Assembly (NCBI GenBank): GCA_035714115.1
Contig: DASTMO010000078.1
Location: 42,461 to 106,460, forward strand
Source: Alphaproteobacteria bacterium
GTDB taxonomy: Bacteria > Pseudomonadota > Alphaproteobacteria > SMXQ01
Direction of reading: 5' to 3'
DNA length: 64,000 bases
Shown: positions 19,725-28,066 of the stretch, in pieces
Position numbering within the stretch: the stretch's first letter is position 1
How the letters are laid out: each line of letters begins with the position of its first letter
Notes under the pieces: generated by a model
What the model was told of the DNA's origin: nothing
What the model saw: only the letters and a program-made list of their open reading frames with translations
Database searches by the model: none
Program-made: the position numbers and the translations under genes

Positions 19725-20393
19725 TCACTTGTCCGCGGTGAATGTGATGGTCAATCCCGTGGCGTCGGCCGGCGGGTTACGCAGACTGGTGACGAACGAC
19801 GCGCTCTCGCCGGGCAGCAGACGCGCCTGCGCGGCTTTGAAAGTCCAGTTTTGCAGGTCCTTGTCGCCCTGCTTGACGATGGCCCGCATGGTCGGCACGT
19901 CGCGCGCGGCCGAAGAGACGTTGGCGACGACGCCTTCGATGGCGAGCACCGCCACGCCGTCTTCCGTGCGGCTGGTCGAGGAGACGTTGCGCAGTTCGAG
20001 GCCAGCGCCGACTTCCTCGCTGGTGAAGCCGGCCAACTCATAAAGCTTGGCGGCGGGCGGCCAGGCGGCGACGAGTTGGTGGCGCCAGCCGACCAGCGCG
20101 CCGACGATGCCGCCGACGATCAGCAGCAGCACGGCCCAGGCGATCACGCCGCTGCGCGGCCTTTTCTGCGAGGTGAGCGCCGGCAGATTGGTTCCCGGCG
20201 GACGCGCCGCGCCCGGAATGGCGCGGAAATCGCTCTCAAGCGGCGGCAGTTCGACCTGACGCGGCAAATCTTCCGGCGGCTTTTGCGTCCATTGATGGCC
20301 GCATTTGGCGCAGCGCACGACGCGGCCGTCCGGCCCCAGCAGGGTCGGATCGACGAGATAGCGTGTGCCGCAAGCTGTGCAGGAAAGGATCAT
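19725..20393 (-). CDS. MJ0042-type zinc-ribbon membrane protein with DUF3426-like C-terminal domain
   Basis: Start at MILSCTACGTRYLVDP...CAKCGHQW (CxxC...CxxC), then a TM helix and a C-terminal domain. The upstream part of the 337-aa ORF looks like an off-frame extension. Confidence 0.6.
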   Translation of the reverse strand: MILSCTACGTRYLVDPTLLGPDGRVVRCAKCGHQWTQKPPEDLPRQVELPPLESDFRAIPGAARPPGTNLPALTSQKRPRSGVIAWAVLLLIVGGIVGALVGWRHQLVAAWPPAAKLYELAGFTSEEVGAGLELRNVSSTSRTEDGVAVLAIEGVVANVSSAARDVPTMRAIVKQGDKDLQNWTFKAAQARLLPGESASFVTSLRNPPADATGLTITFTADK

Positions 20394-20681
20394 CGCCCCT
20401 GGCGGGATAAGCGGGGAACGCGGGAAAAGCGCGTTTTTATAGGCTTTCGCGCGCGCTCTGGCAAGCCGGCGGGCCGCCTTTTCGCGAGCGCCGGCATCGA
20501 ATAACGCGTTGATTTTGCCGCACTCGCGCGCCGGGCGCCAGCACCACGCAAGAGATGTCCACAGCCTGTTCGAAACTGGACGATCCAGGGTGCGCTGTGC
20601 GATTCTCGCCCCTCGTTCGGCGACGCCGCGCTTGCGAGCGCGACGCCGCATTAACCTTTCTGCGCAGAACGGCTCCGCCCC

Positions 20682-21359
20682 TTGGTTCGCTTTCAGAATG
20701 TCGGTATGCGCTACGGCGTCGGGCCGGAAGTCCTGCACGACGTCAATTTCGCCCTGGCGCCCGGCTCATTCCACTTCCTGGTCGGGCCTTCGGGCGCCGG
20801 CAAGTCTTCGCTGCTGCGCCTGATGTATCTAGCGCATCGCCCGTCGCGCGGCTTGATCACCCTGTTCGACCGCGACATCGCCACCACGCCGCGCGCCGAA
20901 CTGCCGGAACTGCGCCGCAAGATCGGCGTCGTGTTCCAGGAATTCCGCCTGCTGGACCATCTCAGCGTGCTCGACAACGTCGCCCTGCCGCTGCGCGTTG
21001 CCGGCATGGGCGAAAAGCAGCTGAAGGATTATGCCGAGGAACTCTTAAGCTGGGTCGGCCTCGCTGACCACATGCAGGCGCGCCCGGCCATCCTCTCGGG
21101 CGGCCAGAAGCAGCGCGTCGCCATCGCCCGCGCCGTCATCAGCCGGCCGAAACTGCTGCTCGCCGACGAGCCGACCGGCAATGTCGACGACAAGATCGCG
21201 CTGCGCCTGCTCTATCTGTTCGAAGAATTGAACAAGCTCGGCACCACCATCGTCATCGCCACCCACAACGAGGCGCTGATTTCGCGTTTCGGCCATCCGC
21301 AACTCCATCTCGAGAACGGCGAGCTGTCGGTGCGCGCCGGCGGCAAGCGGAGCGCCTGA
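20682..21359 (+). CDS. ftsE: Cell division ATP-binding protein FtsE
   Basis: Walker [13 protein letters not shown] signature [14 protein letters not shown], Walker [10 protein letters not shown]. Confidence 0.85.
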   Translation: MVRFQNVGMRYGVGPEVLHDVNFALAPGSFHFLVGPSGAGKSSLLRLMYLAHRPSRGLITLFDRDIATTPRAELPELRRKIGVVFQEFRLLDHLSVLDNVALPLRVAGMGEKQLKDYAEELLSWVGLADHMQARPAILSGGQKQRVAIARAVISRPKLLLADEPTGNVDDKIALRLLYLFEELNKLGTTIVIATHNEALISRFGHPQLHLENGELSVRAGGKRSA

Positions 21360-21360
21360 C

Positions 21361-22269
21361 ATGCTGGGCCTGTTCGAAACCCGCTCCGATCTGCCTCTGC
21401 GCTCCGATGCCTCGCGCCGCTTCCTGCCCTGGCTGGTCGCGCTCAATGTCTATCTCGCCGCGCTCGCGCTCGCCGGCCTGATGGCGCTCGGCGACGCCGT
21501 TTCGGCCTGGGACAAAGGCCTGACCGGCTCCATGACGGTGCAGATTCCCGCGCCTGTCTCGAAGGACGGCGACCGGCTAGGCGACAATGCGCCGCGCGTC
21601 GCGCGCGCGCTCGAAGTGCTGCGCGGCCAGCCCGGCGTCGCTTCGGCCAACGCGCTCTCGCGCGGCGAAATGGCCGCCCTGATGGAGCCCTGGCTCGGCA
21701 GCGCCGGCGGCCTGGTCGCCGAATTGCCGCTGCCCGCCCTGATCGACGTGAAGATCCGCGACGGCGCCGGGCTGAATGCCGATGGGCTGCAAAGCGTGCT
21801 GAGCGCCGCCGTGCCGGGCGCGACGGTGGACGATCACAAGAAATGGCTCGACCGCCTGCTGCTGCTCGTCCATTCCGTCGAGCTGGTCGCCGGTGCGGTG
21901 GTGCTGCTGGTCGCCGGCGCGGCCATCGCCACGGTGATCTTCATCACCCGCACCGGCCTGTCGCTGCATCATGACGTGATCGGCCTGCTCCATGTCATCG
22001 GCGCGCAGGACGTCTATATCGCCCGCCAGTTCCAGTCCCAAGCGCTCGGCCTCGGCATCAAGGGCGGGCTGATCGGCTTCGCCCTCGCCGCGCTCACGCT
22101 CGGCGGGCTCGGCCTGCTCGCCGGACGGTTGGGGTCGCAAATGCTGCCGCCGCTGCAGCTCGGACCGCTGCAATGGCTGCTGCTCGCCGCCTTGCCGCTT
22201 GCCGTGGCGCTGATCGGCATGGCCACCGCGCGCATCACCGTCATGCGCACCCTGGCTCGCCTGCCTTGA
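21361..22269 (+). CDS. ftsX: Cell division permease-like protein FtsX
   Basis: 302 aa, four TM helices and a periplasmic domain, immediately after ftsE. Confidence 0.8.
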   Translation: MLGLFETRSDLPLRSDASRRFLPWLVALNVYLAALALAGLMALGDAVSAWDKGLTGSMTVQIPAPVSKDGDRLGDNAPRVARALEVLRGQPGVASANALSRGEMAALMEPWLGSAGGLVAELPLPALIDVKIRDGAGLNADGLQSVLSAAVPGATVDDHKKWLDRLLLLVHSVELVAGAVVLLVAGAAIATVIFITRTGLSLHHDVIGLLHVIGAQDVYIARQFQSQALGLGIKGGLIGFALAALTLGGLGLLAGRLGSQMLPPLQLGPLQWLLLAALPLAVALIGMATARITVMRTLARLP

Positions 22270-22282
22270 TTGGGCGCCTGAC

Positions 22283-22960
22283 ATGAGCGACAGCGCGCCG
22301 GACCTCGCGCGCCCAGACGCGCCGCGCCGGAAAACCGTCTGTCGCGTCGTGCGCGGCCTGTTGGCGCTTTACGCGCTCTGGCTCGCCGGCCTGATCTGGT
22401 ACGCCTACGACATTCCGCGCGAGATCGATGACACCTCCACCGTCACCGACGCGGTGGTGGTGCTGACCGGCGGCTCGGGCCGCGTCGACGTCGGCCTTGC
22501 CTTGCTCGCCGAGCGGCGCGCGCAAAAATTGCTGGTGACCGGCGTGGCGCGCGACGTCGATCTCGATCAATTGCTGCGCGTTTCCATGCGCCAGGACGCG
22601 CGCAATCTGCGCGATCGCATCACGCTGGGCCATGAAGCCGGCGACACCGCCGGCAACGCCCGCGAGACGGCGGAATGGATGGCGCGCGAAGGGCTCGCCT
22701 CGCTGCGCCTCGTCACCGCCAGCTATCACATGCGCCGCAGCTTGCTGGAATTCCATCGCGCCATGCCCGGGGCGCGCATCGTCCCGCATCCGGTCTTTCC
22801 GGTTGGCTTCCGCCTCGCCGAATGGCAACGCTGGCCCGGCACCATGTCGCTACTGATCAGCGAGTACAGCAAATATCTGGTCGCCGCGACGGCGGGCGCG
22901 CTCGGCATCACCTTGCCGGAGACGCCGCAGCCGGCCGTGTCGGCGCGCGCCCCGTCATGA
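22283..22960 (+). CDS. YdcF/ElyC/SanA (DUF218) family protein
   Basis: TDAVVVLTGGSGR...KLLVTGV, typical of DUF218. Confidence 0.7.
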   Translation: MSDSAPDLARPDAPRRKTVCRVVRGLLALYALWLAGLIWYAYDIPREIDDTSTVTDAVVVLTGGSGRVDVGLALLAERRAQKLLVTGVARDVDLDQLLRVSMRQDARNLRDRITLGHEAGDTAGNARETAEWMAREGLASLRLVTASYHMRRSLLEFHRAMPGARIVPHPVFPVGFRLAEWQRWPGTMSLLISEYSKYLVAATAGALGITLPETPQPAVSARAPS

Positions 22961-23679
22961 TCCGCGCTTTGCTCTTCAACGTCGCCTTCTACGGCGTCAC
23001 CACGATCCTCGGGATTCTCTACCTGCCGCTGCTGCTCATTCCCGGCAAAGCGGGACAGCGCGCGATGATGGCGGCGGGGCGCGCCTGGTCGGCGCTGATC
23101 CTGTGGCTGCTCAAAGTCATCATCGGCCTCGATTTCGAGGTGCGCGGGCGCGAACATCTGCCCGCCGGTCCCTGCCTGATCGCCGCCAAGCATCAGTCGG
23201 CCTGGGACACGCTGATGCTGCCGGTGCTGCTCGGCGATCCGGTGGTTGTCCTTAAGCGGGAATTGTTCTGGATCCCCTTCTACGGCTGGTACGCCAAACG
23301 CGCCGGCATGGTCGCCATCGACCGCAAGGGCGGCGCCAAGGCGCTGCGCGCCATGCTGCGCGACGCCAAAGCGCGCACGGTGAAGGACGGCCGCGCACTC
23401 GTCATATTCCCGCAAGGCACGCGCACCGCGCCGGGAGTGTCGGCCCCCTATCAGCCGGGCGTCGCCGCGCTTTACGGCGACCTCGGACTGCCCTGCGTGC
23501 CCATGGCGCTCAATTCCGGCCTGTTCTGGGGCCGGCGCGCCTTCACCAAGCGGCCGGGCCGCATCATCGTGGAATTCCTGCCCGCCATCCCGCCGGGCCT
23601 CGCCAAACGCGACTTGCTCGCGCGTTTGGAGGCCGCCATCGAGCCGGCGACGGCGCGGCTGGAAAAATCAAGGCACTGA
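22957..23679 (+). CDS. plsC: 1-acyl-sn-glycerol-3-phosphate acyltransferase
   Basis: ATG at 22957 overlapping the upstream stop. HQSAWD (HxxxxD) and FPQGTR motifs. Confidence 0.8.
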   Translation: MIRALLFNVAFYGVTTILGILYLPLLLIPGKAGQRAMMAAGRAWSALILWLLKVIIGLDFEVRGREHLPAGPCLIAAKHQSAWDTLMLPVLLGDPVVVLKRELFWIPFYGWYAKRAGMVAIDRKGGAKALRAMLRDAKARTVKDGRALVIFPQGTRTAPGVSAPYQPGVAALYGDLGLPCVPMALNSGLFWGRRAFTKRPGRIIVEFLPAIPPGLAKRDLLARLEAAIEPATARLEKSRH

Positions 23680-23793
23680 TTTATAAAGAAAATATCTATT
23701 TATACACTTATAAATTGTAAATTATCAAATAAAACATTTTTTGAGCGTTGATTTAGCCCGGAACCGCCTCTATCTTCCGCCCGTTGCTTTCAT

Positions 23794-24918
23794 TTGGGGC
23801 GTAGAGCCGTGACCATCGACATTCAGAGCCTGTACAAGCGCTTCGGTACGCAGCCCGTTCTGCGCGGCGTCGATCTCGAGATCGGCGACGGCGAACTTGT
23901 GGCCCTGCTCGGCGCCTCCGGCTCCGGCAAGACGACCCTGCTGCGCATTCTCGCCGGCCTCGAATATCCCGATGGCGGCGACATCCTGGTCGACGGCGAA
24001 AGCTGGATCGCCAAGCCGACCCAGGCGCGCCAGGTCGGCTTCGTCTTTCAGCACTACGCCCTGTTCGGCCATCTCACCGTCGCCGAGAACATCGCCTTCG
24101 GCCTGCGCGTGCGCGAAAAGTCGCGCCGCCCGAGCGAAGCGACGATCCAGGCCAAGATCAAAGAGCTGCTTGAGCTGATCCAGCTCGACAAGCTCGGCCA
24201 CCGCTATCCCTCGCAGCTCTCCGGCGGCCAACGCCAGCGCGTCGCCCTGGCGCGCGCCCTCGCCATCGAGCCTGGTGTGCTGCTGCTCGACGAGCCGTTC
24301 GGCGCGCTCGACGCCGGTGTGCGCAAGGATCTGCGCCATTGGCTGCGCGAGCTGCACAAGCAGCTCGGCATGACAACCGTCTTCGTGACGCACGACCAGG
24401 AAGAGGCGCTCGAGCTCGCCGACCGCGTCGTCATCCTCAACGAAGGCCGCATCGAGCAGATCGGCACGCCGGAAGAGGTCTACGACCATCCGGCGACGCC
24501 CTATGTGCTGCGCTTCCTCGGCGGCGCCAACGAATTGCCGGGCCGCCTGCGCGCGGGCCGCATCGACGTCGACGGCTTGGACACCAGCGCCATCGAGCGC
24601 ATCGCCGCCGGCGACGGCGCAGCCAGCCTTTTCGTGCGCCCGCACGACATCGACGTGCTGCCCGACGAAGCCGGCCAGGCCAAGATCGGCTCGGTCTACA
24701 TCACCGGCGCGCAAGCCCATGTCGAACTGTTCCTCGGCGGCCGGCCGCTGACCGCGGAAATCCGCCGCGACATCGCCCGCGCCCGCGGCCTCAAGGCCGG
24801 CCAGCGCGTGCGCTTGAAAGCTATGCACGGCCGCCTCTTCACCGCCCCGCATGGCGCGGCGGCGAGCGCCCCGACCAAGTCGGATGCCGAAGACCTCGCC
24901 TGTATCGCGCGGCCCTGA
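23794..24918 (+). CDS. cysA: Sulfate/thiosulfate ABC transporter ATP-binding protein
   Basis: [24 protein letters not shown], and a C-terminal TOBE-like domain. Start may instead be the GTG at 23809. Confidence 0.85.
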   Translation: MGRRAVTIDIQSLYKRFGTQPVLRGVDLEIGDGELVALLGASGSGKTTLLRILAGLEYPDGGDILVDGESWIAKPTQARQVGFVFQHYALFGHLTVAENIAFGLRVREKSRRPSEATIQAKIKELLELIQLDKLGHRYPSQLSGGQRQRVALARALAIEPGVLLLDEPFGALDAGVRKDLRHWLRELHKQLGMTTVFVTHDQEEALELADRVVILNEGRIEQIGTPEEVYDHPATPYVLRFLGGANELPGRLRAGRIDVDGLDTSAIERIAAGDGAASLFVRPHDIDVLPDEAGQAKIGSVYITGAQAHVELFLGGRPLTAEIRRDIARARGLKAGQRVRLKAMHGRLFTAPHGAAASAPTKSDAEDLACIARP

Positions 24919-24984
24919 GCCGCCCACCCGGCGCGCCCCGCGCAATCTCATTCCGCTTCCACGCTTCTCCGTGAACGAAAGACC

Positions 24985-26031
24985 ATGACCATGAGCAACT
25001 TCCCTCGTCGTATCGCGCTCGTCGCCACGCTGCTCGCCAGCGTTGCCGCCTCGCCCGCCGCCTTCGCGCAATCCTCTCCGGCTGACTACAAAGGCCCGAC
25101 CGAAATCCTCAACGTCTCCTATGACGTCGCCCGCGAGCTGTTCGTGAAGATCAACGACGCCTTCAATGCCGATTGGCAGAAGCAGGGCGGAAAAAAGATC
25201 GACATCAAGCAGTCGCACGCCGGCACCTCGGCCCAGGCGCGCGCCATCATGGAAGGCCTGCCGGCCGATGTCGTGACCTTCAACCAGCTTCTCGACGTGC
25301 AGGTTCTCGTCGACAAGGGCAAGCTGATCAACGCCGATTGGCAGAAGCGCCTGCCCAACGCCGCCTCGCCGTTCTATTCGATGCCCGCCTTCCTCGTGCG
25401 CAAGGGCAATCCGAAGAACGTGAAGGACTGGAACGATCTGGTCCGCGCCGACGTGAAGTCCGTCTTCCCCAATCCGAAGACCTCGGGCAACGCGCGCTAC
25501 ACCTATCTCGCCGCCTATGCCTACTCGCTGGCGAACAACGGCAAGGATCACGCCAAGGCGCAGGACTTCGTGAAGAACTTCCTGAACAACGTCGCGGTGT
25601 TCGACACCGGCGGTCGCGCCTCGACCACCACGTTTGTGGAGCGCGGCATCGGCGACGTGCTGATCACCTTCGAATCGGAAGTAAACGGCGTGAAGAAGGA
25701 ATATGGCGATAAAGGCTATGAGATCGTCATCCCGTCGCAGAGCATTCTCGCCGAGTTCCCGGTGGCTGTCGTCGACCGCAACGTCGACCGTAAGGGCACC
25801 CGCTATCTCGCCGAGAATTATCTGAAGTTCCTTTACAGCGAGACCGGCCAGGAGATCGCCGCGAGCTTCTCGCTGCGCGTCCCCGACGCCAAGGTCGCCG
25901 AGCGACACAAGGCCGAATATCCGGCCGTGAAGCTCGTCACCGTGGACGATGTGTTCGGCGGCTGGGAAAAGGCCAACAAGGAGCACTTCTCCGACGGCGG
26001 CATCCTCGACAAGGTGTTCGTGAAGCGCTAA
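24985..26031 (+). CDS. sbp: Sulfate ABC transporter periplasmic substrate-binding protein
   Basis: 348 aa with a signal peptide (AFAQ). Family resemblance to Sbp/CysP. Confidence 0.85.
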   Translation: MTMSNFPRRIALVATLLASVAASPAAFAQSSPADYKGPTEILNVSYDVARELFVKINDAFNADWQKQGGKKIDIKQSHAGTSAQARAIMEGLPADVVTFNQLLDVQVLVDKGKLINADWQKRLPNAASPFYSMPAFLVRKGNPKNVKDWNDLVRADVKSVFPNPKTSGNARYTYLAAYAYSLANNGKDHAKAQDFVKNFLNNVAVFDTGGRASTTTFVERGIGDVLITFESEVNGVKKEYGDKGYEIVIPSQSILAEFPVAVVDRNVDRKGTRYLAENYLKFLYSETGQEIAASFSLRVPDAKVAERHKAEYPAVKLVTVDDVFGGWEKANKEHFSDGGILDKVFVKR

Positions 26032-26059
26032 AGCGCTTCATCATCTGACCTGAGGCCAA

Positions 26060-26941
26060 ATGTCCCTCTCCGCGACCATCACCACCACGCAACCGCCGCG
26101 CCCGGCTGTCAAAAGCCAGGCGCGGCGTCGCGTTCTGCCCGGCTTCGGGCTGACGATGGGCGCGACCTTGTTCTATCTCGCGCTGATCGTGCTGCTGCCG
26201 GTCGCGGCCTTGATCCTCAAGACCGCCGACGGCGGCTTCGCCCGCTTCTGGCAAGTCGTCGGCAGCCCGCGCGCCATCGCCGCTTTTCAGGTGACGATCG
26301 GCGCGTCCCTGATCGCCACCGCCTTCAACGCGATCTACGGCCTGCTCGTCGCCTGGGTGCTGACGCGCTACCGCTTTCCCGGCCGCCGCTTGCTCGATGC
26401 TCTGGTCGACGTGCCCTTCGCCCTGCCGACCGCCGTCGCCGGCATCGCGCTGACCGCGCTCTTCGCCGGCAACGGCTGGTTCGGCCACATCTTGGAGCCG
26501 GCGGGACTGAAGGTCGTCTACACCATCACCGGCGTCGCCGTCGCCATGGCCTTCACCAGCGTGCCCTTCGTCGTGCGCACGGTGCAGCCCGTGCTCGAAG
26601 AACTGAAACCGGAAGCCGAAGAAGCGGCGCGCACCCTCGGCGCGACGGACTGGCAGGTCTTCACCCGCGTCATCTATCCGGCAATCTTCCCGGCGCATCT
26701 GGCCGGCAGCGCCATGTCTTTCGCGCGCTCGATGGGCGAATTCGGCGCGGTCGTCTTCATCGCCGGCAACTTGCCGTTCCAGACCGAGATCGCGCCGCTC
26801 CTCGTCTTCATCCGCCTGGAGGAATACGACTATCCGGCCGCCGCGGCGATCGCCACCGTGCTGCTCGCCGTCGCCTTCGTCCTGCTGCTCACCACCAACG
26901 CGATCCAGGCCTGGCGCCTGCGCCGCGTCGTGAAGGATTGA
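26060..26941 (+). CDS. cysT: Sulfate ABC transporter permease CysT
   Basis: 293 aa, six TM helices, EAA-loop region ARTLGATDWQVF. Confidence 0.85.
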   Translation: MSLSATITTTQPPRPAVKSQARRRVLPGFGLTMGATLFYLALIVLLPVAALILKTADGGFARFWQVVGSPRAIAAFQVTIGASLIATAFNAIYGLLVAWVLTRYRFPGRRLLDALVDVPFALPTAVAGIALTALFAGNGWFGHILEPAGLKVVYTITGVAVAMAFTSVPFVVRTVQPVLEELKPEAEEAARTLGATDWQVFTRVIYPAIFPAHLAGSAMSFARSMGEFGAVVFIAGNLPFQTEIAPLLVFIRLEEYDYPAAAAIATVLLAVAFVLLLTTNAIQAWRLRRVVKD

Positions 26942-27795
26942 GGCGCAGCATGGCCGCAACCTTGCCCGAAGATCTGTTGAAGCCGCCCGCCTCCAAAGCG
27001 CCGCGCTGGCTAATCGGCGCCGCGTTGCTGCTGACCGCGCTCTTCATCGTCGCGCCGCTGCTGGTGATCTTCGATCAAGCCTTCGCCAAAGGCATCGAGG
27101 TGTTCCGCAACAACCTCGTGCACAAGGACACGCTGCACGCCGTGTGGCTGACCGTCGTCACCGCGCTGATCGTCGTGCCGCTCAATCTGACGTTCGGCCT
27201 CGCCGCCGCCTGGGCCATCACCAAGTTCGAATTCCCCGGCAAGAAGCTGCTGCTGACCACCATCGACATCCCGTTCTCGGTCTCGCCCATCGTCGCCGGC
27301 GTCTGCTACCTGCTGCTCTACGGCTCGAACGGCCTGTTCGGCGGCTGGCTGGCGGAGATGGACGTGCGCATCATGTTCAGCATGCCGGCGATCATCCTGG
27401 TGACACTGTTCGTCACCAGCCCGTTCGTCGCGCGCGAACTGATCCCGCTGATGCAGGTGCAGGGCCGCGATCAGGAAGAAGTCGCCGCCACGCTCGGCGC
27501 CAGCGGCTGGCAGATCTTCCGCCGCGTGACCTTGCCGAACGTCAAATGGGCGCTGCTCTACGGCGCGGTGCTGTGCAACGCCCGCGCTATGGGCGAGTTC
27601 GGCGCGGTCTCGGTCGTCTCGGGCAACATCCGCGGCGAGACCAACACTCTGCCGCTGCAAGTGCAGTTGCTCTATCAGGACTACAACGCCACCGGCGCCT
27701 TCGCCGCCGCCTCGGTCCTGACCCTGCTGGCCTTTGTGACCTTGATCCTCAAGGCCATTCTCGAGCGCCATACCCAGAGCCGCAGCGGGCATTAA
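26938..27795 (+). CDS. cysW: Sulfate ABC transporter permease CysW
   Basis: 285 aa. 4-bp start/stop overlap with cysT. Confidence 0.85.
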   Translation: MRRSMAATLPEDLLKPPASKAPRWLIGAALLLTALFIVAPLLVIFDQAFAKGIEVFRNNLVHKDTLHAVWLTVVTALIVVPLNLTFGLAAAWAITKFEFPGKKLLLTTIDIPFSVSPIVAGVCYLLLYGSNGLFGGWLAEMDVRIMFSMPAIILVTLFVTSPFVARELIPLMQVQGRDQEEVAATLGASGWQIFRRVTLPNVKWALLYGAVLCNARAMGEFGAVSVVSGNIRGETNTLPLQVQLLYQDYNATGAFAAASVLTLLAFVTLILKAILERHTQSRSGH

Positions 27796-28013
27796 GTCGG
27801 CTTTTCCCCAGTGGATAAGTCTGTGGGCAATTCCTATATATTTTCCCAGGTTATTGCCGGTGGATAGCCTGAGTAAGATTCTTTAGCGGCAATAATTTTT
27901 AGTAATTACAGCAGCTTAGTGTCCATGCAGCCGCTGTGGAACACATAGAGAACGTTGTCTTCGAGACAAGCCCGCCGTAAGATCGTTTTCAGTCAGTAAG
28001 CCCGGAAATGCGA

Positions 28014-28047
28014 GCCGCCCCCGACCCTAGGTTTGGGCGGCGTTTTT
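28014..28047 (+). terminator. Rho-independent terminator/attenuator hairpin immediately upstream of the nrdJ ribosome-binding site
   Basis: gccgccc (28014-28020), a 14-nt loop, gggcggc (28035-28041), then GTTTTT. A GGAGA Shine-Dalgarno follows at 28054 and the ATG at 28067. Confidence 0.45.
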
Positions 28048-28066
28048 ATCGTCGGAGACAGCGGTC

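Noticed and set aside
27830-27850. NrdR box upstream of nrdJ
   Set aside because: Only a CTATATAT core matches. The flanking palindrome arms and the expected second box ~31 bp away are absent. It is mentioned in the leader finding but not called as a feature.
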